Source of the DNA: Candidatus Melainabacteria bacterium 17Bon1m
GTDB lineage: Bacteria > Cyanobacteriota > Vampirovibrionia > Obscuribacterales > Obscuribacteraceae
Direction: 5' to 3'
Length of the DNA: 64,000 nucleotides
Assembly: GCA_032128875.1 (NCBI GenBank)
Contig: JAVLKG010000005.1
Coordinates: 96,001-160,000, forward strand
Part shown: one piece after another, positions 10,013 to 19,963 of the stretch
Position numbering within the stretch: the stretch's first letter is position 1
Layout: each line of letters starts with the position of its first letter
Position numbers and translations under genes: made by a program
Notes under the pieces: generated by a model
The model's database searches: none
What the model was told of the DNA's origin: nothing
The model's input: only the letters and a program-made list of their open reading frames with translations

Positions 10013-10834
10013 TAAGAAGATGAGACGCTAGCATAGCGTCGCGAAGCTGACAAGCGGAGGGTTGCGCGAGCACTGCTCACTGTTCGCGGCAGATGAACTC
10101 TAACAAATTCGATTCTGAGGCTAGGATCTAGGCTTTAGAGCTTGCGTCCACCTCTGCGCACGCGTAGGGTGAAAATATCACTTATTCCTCCAACCTTGTC
10201 CGGAAACAAATCGAAGAAAACACGGCAACTGCCCTATTTACCTTCTTCCTTCTTCGCATTTTCGTGTGTTGTCTTGATCTGCGCCATAGAGCAAACTTCC
10301 AGCCTGCCCCACATTGCAGAGACTGGTAGTTTGGTGCAGCTGACTAACATGACGTGCGAATTATCCGGCGATGCAGAGGAAATTTGTGATTAGCAAGCCC
10401 TCGACACAAGCGAGAGGCTAGGTCCGAAAAACGTAGCAGCAGTGGCGATACCTAACGGTATGAACGAAGCGAACTTCAGATAGCCTGAGTCGAATACAGA
10501 AAGAGCGACCCTTTGCGAGTTTTTCCCGCAAACGTTCCTCAAACGAAACACGAATCTAGCCTTGCTGGACTTCGTCGTTTCTATTACATGAACCGTCGAT
10601 GTACGCTCCAACCACTTTGTGGTCGGATTCGTTCCTCGCCGACTCACAGGCTCTCACCGATTGATTGTGGCTTCGCCGAATGGGCGGCGGGCTACTCCAT
10701 CGGATTGCTCTTCGCGACTGGACACGGCTCCCGGCAAACAGCCGGCTGTCCCGTGTCAGCGCGAGGGCGGTTCCCCTTCCGGCGCAATTCCGCGACCGGG
10801 AGAACTTCGTCCAACAACCGAAAGGAAAACTACC

Positions 10835-11194
10835 ATGGCTCGTTTTGATCAGTACATTGGGCTCAACGACTGGGCTCGCAAGACCGTGCTCCGCAAGGAG
10901 AAGGTGCGTCAGTACGGGGTGAACGTGTTCGCTGACGGGAGGCGCAAGCGCTTCTCCAGGTGGACCAATCTCCCGGTGGCGCGCATCCAGGTGATTGGCA
11001 TTCTGCACGGCGTCTACACGGGTAAGGTCGCAGACCTGCACCGTTACACGATGTCGAACGGCAAGGTGTACGAGGAGTTCGTCCAGGCCACTCCGTGGTC
11101 CGGCGGCCCGATGTACCACATTGCCCTGCGGGATGTGAAGACCGGCAAGGCTGTGCCGGAGTCGCTCTGGACCGACGAAGAGATGGGGTGCTAA
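10835..11194 (+). CDS. Hypothetical protein (119 aa) in a GC-rich islet
   Basis: AAAGGA RBS before ATG 10835, strong GC3 codon bias, motif QATPWSGGPMY. Confidence 0.7.
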   Translation: MARFDQYIGLNDWARKTVLRKEKVRQYGVNVFADGRRKRFSRWTNLPVARIQVIGILHGVYTGKVADLHRYTMSNGKVYEEFVQATPWSGGPMYHIALRDVKTGKAVPESLWTDEEMGC

Positions 11195-11386
11195 CAACAC
11201 CTCGTCTTGACGTTTCCGGGTAAAACCGGAGGTCGCTGATGGACCGGAGTAGCGCACGGGCGCCCCTTAAAACGGGTGCCCCTGCGTCTACTCTTCTTGT
11301 TTGAGCTTCTATTAAATGTAATAGTACAAGCTTCGCTTTTTTCAAAATCCGGGATTGCATACCCCAATTCTGTTTCAGGTGTTTTC

Positions 11387-11432
11387 GTCCGAAAAATTTC
11401 AAATTTTTCGGACTATTGCACAACTGACAAAA
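11387..11432 (+). repeat. Dispersed 27-bp palindrome + N12 + GACAAAA, copy A
   Basis: GTCCGAAAAATTT-C-AAATTTTTCGGAC at 11387-11413; GACAAAA at 11426-11432. Confidence 0.9.
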
Positions 11433-11570
11433 AAGCCCCCTATGCCCCGTCCGGCTTGGATTTGGGCGCCCGGGCACCCCGACCGTTATTTGAGTGTTAT
11501 GTAGCGGGTGCACACTGAATTTCCCCAGGCACCTCGCTGTCTTATCCCCGGACAGCGACATAGAGAGGAC

Positions 11571-13172
11571 ATGCGTATGGTTCTTACGGCTGCGACAGAC
11601 AGCTCTCCCAGTGCATTTGAATTTGGGGAGAAACAGTCGAAATTCGACGAAAAGAACGAAAAGTCAGAAAATTTCAATTTCCTGGATTTGTATTTCCCCA
11701 AGCACGAGGCGGTGGCTTTGGGTGGCGCCCTTGCAAAAGCTGGTGAAGCGATCGGCGAAGTTGCAGGTAGAGTCAAAGTAAAAGGCACTGACCAACTGCC
11801 AAAAGTTTCAATCGATGATACTTCCAAAGAAGCTGTTGGTATTGCAAATGGTGCCACGGTGGAAGGCGGCGGCAAGCCTGCGCAAAAGCCTGAGCCCACG
11901 CTTGCAACCAACCTCGAAGTAATTCAAATCGCCCGCGCACACTTCAAAGAATTCGATGCTAACGGCGACGGATTTATAACCGAAAGAGAACTTGCGAAGC
12001 AGGTTGAAGATCCAAAGCACACGGGTGTAATGGCGCAAGCAATCGCCGCATTCTACGGCACACATTCGAAAATGGATTTGTCGGCTGACGAAGATTCCGC
12101 CTTCCGGGGATCTTTCGGAATCAGCCGCGCAGACCTAGACAAGGTCGAAGAAGTTATCAAAAAGAAGCAATCTGGAATTGTCGAAAACACATTGGGTGTA
12201 GCCTATCTCGACTCGCTGGATATCAACAAAGATAGGCGTCTGCAGTCCGGTGAAATTCAAATTGCGTTGCACAGAGACTATTTGCCGGAAGAAGAAAAGG
12301 AACTCTTCGAATATTTCATCAAAAACGAGGAGAATGAAAGCCCAGTCAAAATAAGCGACGTGCTGCATTATTTCTCCAGCAAGAAACTGGGCGACAAAGA
12401 AGATGCGATGCTCAGCAAAATGAACTTCTTGATGCGCCATGTTTGGGAAAACCAGCATAACGAAAAGACCTTGTTTGCAGAAGGCAAGGAGAATGACGGT
12501 ATAGGCTTACACGGAATTCAACAAGGAATCATGGGCGATTGCTATTTGTTGGCCTCAATTGCGGCTGTTGCAGAAATGACCCCAGAAACGATAAAGAACA
12601 TGATTGTCGATAACAAGAACGGCACCTACACAGTCACCTTTCCGGGCGCCAAAAACGAACCTCAAACAGTTTGCGCCCCAACCGAAACAGAACTCGGTCT
12701 CTACAATGGTTCGACAGAAAACGGAATTTGGGGATCTGTTATTGAAAAAGCGTATGGGCAATGGTGCAAGGAGAGTTTCACCCGACGCACGCCTCTCAAT
12801 TGGACCGGCGGTTTGACGACCGCTGAAGGTGCAGATGGCGGAGGCTGGCATTTAGATCGCGTTCTCAAACTTCTTACCGGCACGGATGCAGACCAGGACT
12901 GGAACGCTTTTACTTTCAATTCCACCACCCGCCGAAAGCTTCTAGAGCACGTAACTGGCGATGACAAAGTACCGGTCGTTGCCTGGCAAAAATGGTTTCG
13001 CGAGTTTGGTGTGACCGGGGTTGCGAATCACGTCTACAGCGTTTTGGACTTCAATCCGGAAGGCAAGGACGGTGGCACTGTAACTCTATATAACCCTTGG
13101 GGCCACAAGGAGTCCATCACATTCAAGCAATTTACAAAACGCTTTACCGCCTTCGCCTACAGAAACAGGTGA
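11571..13172 (+). CDS. Calpain-like (peptidase C2) cysteine protease with N-terminal EF-hands
   Basis: Catalytic triad motifs QQGIMGDCYLLASIAA, NHVYSV and YNPWG. EF-hands FDANGDGFITEREL and LDINKDRRLQSGEI. Start uncertain. Confidence 0.85.
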   Translation: MRMVLTAATDSSPSAFEFGEKQSKFDEKNEKSENFNFLDLYFPKHEAVALGGALAKAGEAIGEVAGRVKVKGTDQLPKVSIDDTSKEAVGIANGATVEGGGKPAQKPEPTLATNLEVIQIARAHFKEFDANGDGFITERELAKQVEDPKHTGVMAQAIAAFYGTHSKMDLSADEDSAFRGSFGISRADLDKVEEVIKKKQSGIVENTLGVAYLDSLDINKDRRLQSGEIQIALHRDYLPEEEKELFEYFIKNEENESPVKISDVLHYFSSKKLGDKEDAMLSKMNFLMRHVWENQHNEKTLFAEGKENDGIGLHGIQQGIMGDCYLLASIAAVAEMTPETIKNMIVDNKNGTYTVTFPGAKNEPQTVCAPTETELGLYNGSTENGIWGSVIEKAYGQWCKESFTRRTPLNWTGGLTTAEGADGGGWHLDRVLKLLTGTDADQDWNAFTFNSTTRRKLLEHVTGDDKVPVVAWQKWFREFGVTGVANHVYSVLDFNPEGKDGGTVTLYNPWGHKESITFKQFTKRFTAFAYRNR

Positions 13173-13377
13173 CCCATAAAGAGGGCCGCGCGAAATCTGC
13201 TTACCGGTCAAAGAAAAATACGAACCGTTTTATCTCGAGGCACCCTCTGGAGTGATTACAAGAAAGTTCGTTTATACAAAGATCGTATCTGGGGACTTCC
13301 GCGCTTGGGTTATGGGTAAAATTAGCTCGGAATCGCCATTGCTGGAAGTCACGGGATCAATCATCCTTTAGTTCAGC

Positions 13378-15030
13378 GTGAGTAATTGGATGGCCGAAAA
13401 GGGCGTACTGTCGGATTTTAAAAGGCACTTTGCTAATTTGAAGCTTTCGACCAAGCTGTCGTTGAGTTTCGGGATGGTGTTTCTTGCTTTTATCGCGGTC
13501 ATCATAACCGCGTCTCTTACTCTTTCGGAATTGTCTCATTACCAACAAGAGACATTTGTACGAGATTTACCAGCGACAGAAGGCATGGCGACTTTAAGTG
13601 TCAACATTCGTCGTATGAAAACAGCCGTGCAGATGTTCATTCTCCTGGAAGACCCAACAGGCAAAGATAAGGCGATTGCCGAGATTGAAGAGGTGACAAA
13701 GGAGAATGAAGATATCATCGAACAACTGAAAGATATTTTTCAAAGTGATCGTGAAATGAGTGATCTTCTTTCTTCGATTGACCGCCGATTGTCGAATTTC
13801 AGCAAACGGATCAAAGGCGGTTTTATGCCCGCCGGCCTTGATGCAAAAGACCTCTCAGTAAGAACTTCCGCATTGCGCGATGAGCGCGAGAATGTCAATC
13901 AAATGGAAGCCCTGGCCAACGAATTGAAAGACTTGACCACAAAGTACTCTGCCGGACAAACCGCTCGAGCCAAAGATCAAGCTCAGCATTCGATTGGTGT
14001 TTTGTGGACGGTTTGCTTGCTTGGTGTGACTACCTCACTGGCTTTGGTCGTATTGCTATCGCGGATGACTATTTTGCCTCTCAGTCAATTGACCGAGGCA
14101 GCAAAACAGCTTGAAGAATCCAACAATGCCGTGCTCGTGAAAGATGAGGGGCGAACTGACGAGATTGGTGTTCTGACCCGAACCTTCAACAACATGGTCA
14201 CTGCCATCAAAGAACGCGAGGTTGAACGCGACAAAGCGCTTAGCAGGCTGGAAGTCTCAAATGCTGAACTGAAGCAGTTTGCATATGTCGCCGCCCACGA
14301 TTTGAAAGAACCTCTTCGGACGATATCGAACTATCTGTCACTTTTAGGCGAGCGTCTCGACGGTAAGCTGGATGAAAAAGGCGAGCGTTTTTGGAAAACA
14401 GTCGTTGATAGTTCGCATCGTATGGACGCGCTTATTTCCGGGCTTCTGACTTATGCGAAGCTGGGCAGCAAGGCCCTGGCTCCTCGACAAGTCGATATGA
14501 ATGATGTGGTCAATAAAGTCCTCGGCGACCTCAAGGTCGTCCTCAGCGAAACCGGAGCCAAAGTAGAACAGCACAATTTGCCGCTTGTTTATGCGGATGG
14601 CACGCAGATAGGGCAACTGGTGCAAAATCTGATCGCCAACGGAATTAAGTTTCGCGGCAGTAATTCTCCTAAAGTCGCTATTGGTGCTAATCGCGTTTCC
14701 AACGGCTGGATGTTCTATGTCCGTGACAATGGCATCGGCTTTGATATGCAGTTTCAAGACCGGATATTTCTAATTTTCCAGCGTCTGCACGGACGCGATG
14801 ATTATGCCGGGACCGGGCTGGGTCTTGCGGTTTGTAAACGAATTGTCGAACGCCACGGCGGCAAAATCTGGGCCGAATCGAAAGAAGGTGAGGGCTCGAC
14901 TTTCTTCTTCACTTTGCCAGACGACCTGCAAGCTGTGTCTATGAGCGGCAATGGCCCAGACAAAGCCGGTGACGGCGAAATTTTCTCCGGACCCGCCAAC
15001 GCGACAGGCGCCGACACTGCTGTCAGATAA
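13378..15030 (+). CDS. Sensor histidine kinase (periplasmic helical sensor, HAMP; Cph1-like kinase core)
   Basis: FAYVAAHDLKEPLR, NLIANGIKF, DNGIG, IFQRLH, GTGLGL. Confidence 0.92.
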   Translation: MSNWMAEKGVLSDFKRHFANLKLSTKLSLSFGMVFLAFIAVIITASLTLSELSHYQQETFVRDLPATEGMATLSVNIRRMKTAVQMFILLEDPTGKDKAIAEIEEVTKENEDIIEQLKDIFQSDREMSDLLSSIDRRLSNFSKRIKGGFMPAGLDAKDLSVRTSALRDERENVNQMEALANELKDLTTKYSAGQTARAKDQAQHSIGVLWTVCLLGVTTSLALVVLLSRMTILPLSQLTEAAKQLEESNNAVLVKDEGRTDEIGVLTRTFNNMVTAIKEREVERDKALSRLEVSNAELKQFAYVAAHDLKEPLRTISNYLSLLGERLDGKLDEKGERFWKTVVDSSHRMDALISGLLTYAKLGSKALAPRQVDMNDVVNKVLGDLKVVLSETGAKVEQHNLPLVYADGTQIGQLVQNLIANGIKFRGSNSPKVAIGANRVSNGWMFYVRDNGIGFDMQFQDRIFLIFQRLHGRDDYAGTGLGLAVCKRIVERHGGKIWAESKEGEGSTFFFTLPDDLQAVSMSGNGPDKAGDGEIFSGPANATGADTAVR

Positions 15031-15121
15031 AAACTGCTAGGTAGATAAAACATTGTCTAAAAGCTCTCGATCATACTTTTAGGGGAATGACTGAAGATGT
15101 TTATTGTGACAAGCTAAGGCT

Positions 15122-15595
15122 ATGGTCAGCCTCCTAAGTTTGCCTGCTCTCGTGAATCAAGCGAAACTAGCAAAAGTTGTCGTTGCCGACGATGATCAAT
15201 CGGCGGTAGAACTGCTGCGCGAAGCTTTTGAGCGCTCTGCTATGGCCTGTGAAATTGATGCAGTCTTTAGCGGACAGGCTTTACTGGATTATTTGCGTAA
15301 AGAATCTCCCGATAGCTCTGAGCGACCATCGCTGATTTTGTTGGATTTGAACATGCCGGGCAAGGACGGGCGACAGACCCTCAGCGAGATCAAAGCTGAC
15401 CCGGTGCTCAAGGATATTCCGGTCATTATTATGACCTCTTCCGAGCTGGAAGAGGACATTGAGAAAAGCTATCAATGCGGCGTCAATGCATATTTGAAGA
15501 AGCCTAGTGTTTTTGCGGATTTAGTGAAAATGACCAGCGCCATTAAAGAGTTCTGGTTCGGCTGCGCAACTTTGCCACATCATCCATTCACTTAA
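15122..15595 (+). CDS. Single-domain response regulator (Rcp1-like)
   Basis: VVADDD, LILLDLNMPGKDG, IMTSS, AYLKKP and C-terminal FW motif; follows its kinase. Confidence 0.9.
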   Translation: MVSLLSLPALVNQAKLAKVVVADDDQSAVELLREAFERSAMACEIDAVFSGQALLDYLRKESPDSSERPSLILLDLNMPGKDGRQTLSEIKADPVLKDIPVIIMTSSELEEDIEKSYQCGVNAYLKKPSVFADLVKMTSAIKEFWFGCATLPHHPFT

Positions 15596-15680
15596 AGGGT
15601 GATTCGCTGAAATTCAGGCTTTGATAAATTGGACCCGAAGGGTTTGTGATTTTCATCGTTGAATTTTTGGGAATAATCAG

Positions 15681-16169
15681 ATGAGCAACTGGCTGAATGC
15701 AGCTTCGGGACGTGCATGCGTGTGCGCATTCTCTTTCCTTGCAAGCGGTGTGATTTTGTTTGCAGGAATGTTTTTCTCTCCTCGAGCAATGGCGCAAGCA
15801 GATGAAGACAAAGTCCTGGTTGTCTTTGTTTTCGACAAGTCGTGCCGTATTTCATGCGATGCCGTAAGACCGATATTCAGGCAGCTGAAGACAGAATATG
15901 GCGACAAGGTCAAATTCGTTGAACTGGATGTCTCCAAAGACGTTTTGGGTGAGTCACAAAAAACGGCCAAAGCATTGAATGTAAAACGCTTTCTCGATGA
16001 CACGGAAGATTGGTATCCGGCCGTTGGCGTTTTTACGGGCAGTCGCAAAAAGGTAAAAGAAATTTTGGGCGCCAAGCCGAAAGATCAATATGTTCAGGCG
16101 ATTGAAAGAGCGCTTGCAGCACAGCAAAAAGAGGGCACAACAGAGAAGGTGAGGAAATCAAAAGGTTAG
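15681..16169 (+). CDS. Exported thioredoxin-fold protein
   Basis: Signal peptide, VVFVFDKSCRISCDAVRPIF, KVKFVELDV, cis-Pro motif WYP. Confidence 0.7.
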   Translation: MSNWLNAASGRACVCAFSFLASGVILFAGMFFSPRAMAQADEDKVLVVFVFDKSCRISCDAVRPIFRQLKTEYGDKVKFVELDVSKDVLGESQKTAKALNVKRFLDDTEDWYPAVGVFTGSRKKVKEILGAKPKDQYVQAIERALAAQQKEGTTEKVRKSKG

Positions 16170-16172
16170 TCA

Positions 16173-16850
16173 TTGCTGCTGGTGAGATTCGCACTTTCAA
16201 AACTTTCCGCAATTTCAAGAGCGTTTTGCGTCGTAATTATTTCGACTGCAGCAATTTTTTCTTTTGGGAAAACACCTGTAGGCGCTCAAACAAAGCGTTT
16301 ATCGCAGGCAGAGCTGAAGTCTCTTGAAACTCAGGGGCGCGAATATTCGAATCGCAGACAGTGGTCGAAAGCGCAAACGGTCTATCGGCAGATACTTCAA
16401 CAACGACAAAAAATGTGGGGCACCCGCGACCCGCGTCTTATCGGGCCACTGAACGACGTCATTCGCGTCACCTGTGTGGATGGCAAATGCTCTGACACTG
16501 TGCCGTTTTTAAAAGATCTTCTGGCGATCAGATTGAAGAAGCTTGGACCCTGGCACGCTGATGTGGCGACGACTTACGCGCTGATCGCCGAAGCCAACGA
16601 AAAGATGCAGCGTTATCCTGAAGCGATTAAGAATTTCAATGAAGCGACAAAAGTAAGAGATCATATTTATGGCAAAACAGCGGGCATCTCGGTGCAATCG
16701 AGAATGAATGTGATTCGAGTCGCCTTAAAGAGAAAGGATAAGGTGGCGGCCAAGGCCATGCTTCAAGAGTGCCAGACGCTTCTTAGCGCTCAGAATAAGC
16801 CTCAACCAGAGCTGGAGAAGGTGCTTTCGTACTACGCCGGCAAAATTTAG
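16173..16850 (+). CDS. TPR protein (kinesin-light-chain-like repeats), probably exported
   Basis: LAIRLKKLGPWHADVATTY-type repeat and an N-terminal signal. Confidence 0.75.
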   Translation: MLLVRFALSKLSAISRAFCVVIISTAAIFSFGKTPVGAQTKRLSQAELKSLETQGREYSNRRQWSKAQTVYRQILQQRQKMWGTRDPRLIGPLNDVIRVTCVDGKCSDTVPFLKDLLAIRLKKLGPWHADVATTYALIAEANEKMQRYPEAIKNFNEATKVRDHIYGKTAGISVQSRMNVIRVALKRKDKVAAKAMLQECQTLLSAQNKPQPELEKVLSYYAGKI

Positions 16851-17067
16851 CGCGGTCTTCTATTCGTAGTCTCCGCCGAAAACCAGTTTTTGTTTCTAAC
16901 TTTGTCACTTTTGATCCGTAAAACCTATGTATAGCCATCCAGGTGGCTGCATCTTCCCTGTTCAATTCAAAGAGCGCCTGCACGCTCGCACGACGAGCAA
17001 ATATAACTGGTTTGGCGAAATCTTCTTTGCGAGGAAGAAATAGCAAACCGCACGGAGATTTCATTTC

Positions 17068-18543
17068 ATGAGAACCAGCCATGTGCAAAATCTACCTGTC
17101 GTCCTTTCTCGACAGTCACGCACCTGCCTGCCGCAACAAGTAGGCGAGGAGCTGAAGCGGCTCATTTTGGAAGGTTATTTCAAACCCGGCGCTATCATGC
17201 CATCGTCGAGGAGTCTGTGCGAAACATTGCAGGTTGGGCGCTCGACCATTATCGAAGCGTTCGAGCAACTAAAGTCTGAAGGCTACCTTGTTGCTGCAGC
17301 CGGCTCAGCCACTCGCGTCAGCGAAAATATTCCCCGAGAAATCCCTGAGGCGCCTCTGCCGGAAGTGCATCAGCTGCGTCTCAACTCTCTTTCCGATTAT
17401 GCCAATCGAGTGCAAAAAAATGCATTGCTGTACGACCGCAAAGAAGAGCCGGAAATTCCTTTCTATGGCTGGAGAATCGCTCGTGACGCGACTCCTCTGC
17501 GGGAATTCAAACAGTTGATGTCGCGGTTTTCTCAAGCGGCAGAGCAAGATATGCTCTTCGACTATCATGATGATCCGCTTGGATACAGACCTTTGCGAGA
17601 AGTTCTTTCCAAATACTTGGAGAAGACCAAAGGAATCAAAGCAGACCCGCAACAAATTTTGATCGTGACCGGCTTGCCGCAAGCGCTCAATCTTGTTTCG
17701 CGCATACACTTAGAACGCGGCGATCTTGCAGTTGTTGAAGAGCCTTGTTATCCGCCCGCCAGAAAGTGTTTCGAAAGTGAGGGCGCATCTACGGTCGCGC
17801 TCAAGGTGGATGGTGAGGGTTTGATGGTCGACCAGCTACTGCGCACGCCGTCGCTGCGAGTGAGGCTCGTATATTTGACGCCGACTCATCAGTATCCGAC
17901 CGGAAGCCGTCTTTCGCTTTCTCGGCGATTGAATCTCCTTTCATGGGCGGGAACGAGCGGTGCATTCATTGTCGAAGATGAGCATGACAGCGAATTTTCC
18001 TACGGGACGAATCCGATGCCGGCACTGAAAGCATTGGACAAACTCGACTCTGTTATATACATCGGCAATTTCGCAAAAGTGATGTTTCCTTCTCTTTCAG
18101 TGGCTTACATGGTGCTTCCGCGCGACTTGACCGGCGTCTATGCAAAAGTTCGCCAATATGGCAGCGATGCAGTTTCACTTCCCATTCAGTGTGCCCTTGC
18201 CGATTTCATTCAGCGCGGACTCCTGCGCAAGCATATAAGGAGAATGCAGGGCATCTATGAAAGTCGCCGCGACGCAATGGTTTCCAGCCTCAAAGAATTC
18301 TTCGGTGAGCGCGTCGAGATTGCCGGTGAACACGCCGGTTTGCATATGTACGTTAAATTCAAGACGCAATTGACTGATGCTGAAATTGTGAAATTGGCGC
18401 TTGCCAAAGGCGTTGGCATAACACCGATCGCCTCATTCTATGCAGGTCTTGCTCCGCAAGGGGAATTTGTCTTGGGATTTGGAGACCTTTCCACTTCCGT
18501 CATTCGCGAAGGAATTCGCCGCCTTGCAGAAGTGATTGTCTAG
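17068..18543 (+). CDS. MocR/GabR-family regulator (GntR HTH + PLP-dependent aminotransferase domain)
   Basis: MPSSRSL...EQLKSEGYL, VEEPCY, YLTPTHQYPTG, IVEDEHDSEF, GNFAKVMFPSL. Confidence 0.92.
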   Translation: MRTSHVQNLPVVLSRQSRTCLPQQVGEELKRLILEGYFKPGAIMPSSRSLCETLQVGRSTIIEAFEQLKSEGYLVAAAGSATRVSENIPREIPEAPLPEVHQLRLNSLSDYANRVQKNALLYDRKEEPEIPFYGWRIARDATPLREFKQLMSRFSQAAEQDMLFDYHDDPLGYRPLREVLSKYLEKTKGIKADPQQILIVTGLPQALNLVSRIHLERGDLAVVEEPCYPPARKCFESEGASTVALKVDGEGLMVDQLLRTPSLRVRLVYLTPTHQYPTGSRLSLSRRLNLLSWAGTSGAFIVEDEHDSEFSYGTNPMPALKALDKLDSVIYIGNFAKVMFPSLSVAYMVLPRDLTGVYAKVRQYGSDAVSLPIQCALADFIQRGLLRKHIRRMQGIYESRRDAMVSSLKEFFGERVEIAGEHAGLHMYVKFKTQLTDAEIVKLALAKGVGITPIASFYAGLAPQGEFVLGFGDLSTSVIREGIRRLAEVIV

Positions 18544-18652
18544 AAGAAGCACAAAACTCAGCAAGTACTGTCGATTGGACGGGCGGTTGCAACTCCTGCA
18601 TGCTAGGCTAAATGATGTGCTTCGGCAGCGCTCTTTTGCATCGGTGCTTCGT

Positions 18653-19057
18653 ATGGTTATTCGTATAGATATTCGTATAGTTAGAAGAACGTTCGCTTTT
18701 TCTCTGTCTGCGCTTTTCCTCTTTTGCTTAAACCTCACGCCACTGGCTGTGTTTGCACAGGAGCAGAAGTCACTGCAGAATTCTCAAACCACGCAACCTA
18801 CACGCACAAAAATACCCGAAGCTCAAGTAAGCGAAGTTGAGATCAGAGAGCTGAAAGCAACTATTGCTGTGGACGTGCTCGCGTCTCGCTCTAAGGTTTT
18901 TAAGACGAAACAGAAAATCAATCGCGTTGCCGTAAGCGATCCGTCTGTTGCAGACGTCGTGCTCATGAGCGAAAACCAGTTTGTCGTCATAGGAAAAAAT
19001 CCCGGCGCAATCAACGTCACTATCTGGTGCGATAAAAAGACTGGCAATAACCAGTAA
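18653..19057 (+). CDS. Pilus-formation N-terminal domain protein (CpaC/RcpA N-domain-like)
   Basis: RVAVSDPSVADVVLMSENQFVVIGKNPGAINVTIW and a signal-like hydrophobic segment. Start uncertain. Confidence 0.7.
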   Translation: MVIRIDIRIVRRTFAFSLSALFLFCLNLTPLAVFAQEQKSLQNSQTTQPTRTKIPEAQVSEVEIRELKATIAVDVLASRSKVFKTKQKINRVAVSDPSVADVVLMSENQFVVIGKNPGAINVTIWCDKKTGNNQ

Positions 19058-19206
19058 ATGGAGCGCGAAGGTCCGGAACCCGCACCAGCTCCCGCTTGTT
19101 AGGCAATACTAGAAGCGGTAGTAAGAGCGGGATTTAAAGGAAAGCGCTAGGAGAAGTTCAGTGCGTCGCCGCAACTGTCTTCCCCGTAGCGCCTCCTCTC
19201 ATGCCG

Positions 19207-19872
19207 TTAGGCTTTTGACTGCTTGTCGTACTTCAGGGAGACGGGGTCGAAGATGACCACATCTTTGGCAGCCAGCGTCTTGCCTGGAGCCCAGTTTGTG
19301 AAAGCTTCCGTGGTCACGCCCCAATTCCCGTGATGGAAACCGGTGACGTCATACGGACGCGACATGATGTAAGCCTTGCAGGTCATTGCGACCTCTTTGG
19401 CTTGACGATAGAGCTCTCTCAAATCGTCGCGGGTTGCGACCATCCCTGCCGGGACGTCGTCGCTGCCGCGCTCGATTCGGTGGATACGATAGCCCGACCA
19501 GAAGTCGAGCTTTTCCATTTGCAAGAGCGACACGTCGCCATCTGTGACGAGCAGCAAGTTGTCCGGGATTTTCACACCGAAGAACTTCTGCAGGCGAATC
19601 AGCGCCGTTGCCTGGTCGACCAGCATGCCAGGGTCGTCCAACTTGAAGACGAGAGTCTCGTCGTCGTTGAACCACACCCGGACGCGAGTGACGTCGTCGC
19701 GGTGATGATATTTCTTCGGCTCGTCATAGATTTGGCGCCAGCCATTCTGCATGAAAACGGAGGCGGAAATGCCGGGACGCTCTTCCTGCAAAAGCAGTCC
19801 GAACGCCAGGTCATCTTGCCTGCGGGCTTCAATGAGAGAACGGCGGTTCTCTCCGAGAATTACATCAGACAT
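19207..19872 (-). CDS. Hypothetical protein, possibly an atypical protein-kinase fold
   Basis: AGAGG RBS. LVFK, FHHGNWG and IFDP occur in kinase motif order. Confidence 0.65.
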   Translation of the reverse strand: MSDVILGENRRSLIEARRQDDLAFGLLLQEERPGISASVFMQNGWRQIYDEPKKYHHRDDVTRVRVWFNDDETLVFKLDDPGMLVDQATALIRLQKFFGVKIPDNLLLVTDGDVSLLQMEKLDFWSGYRIHRIERGSDDVPAGMVATRDDLRELYRQAKEVAMTCKAYIMSRPYDVTGFHHGNWGVTTEAFTNWAPGKTLAAKDVVIFDPVSLKYDKQSKA

Positions 19873-19963
19873 ATAGACCTCTCTATTTTACGGAACGCAC
19901 GTGGTGCATCCCGTCAGCAAGCACCGGGGGTGGTGCCTGGGTAGTGGTAGCGTCGAGCCGCAA

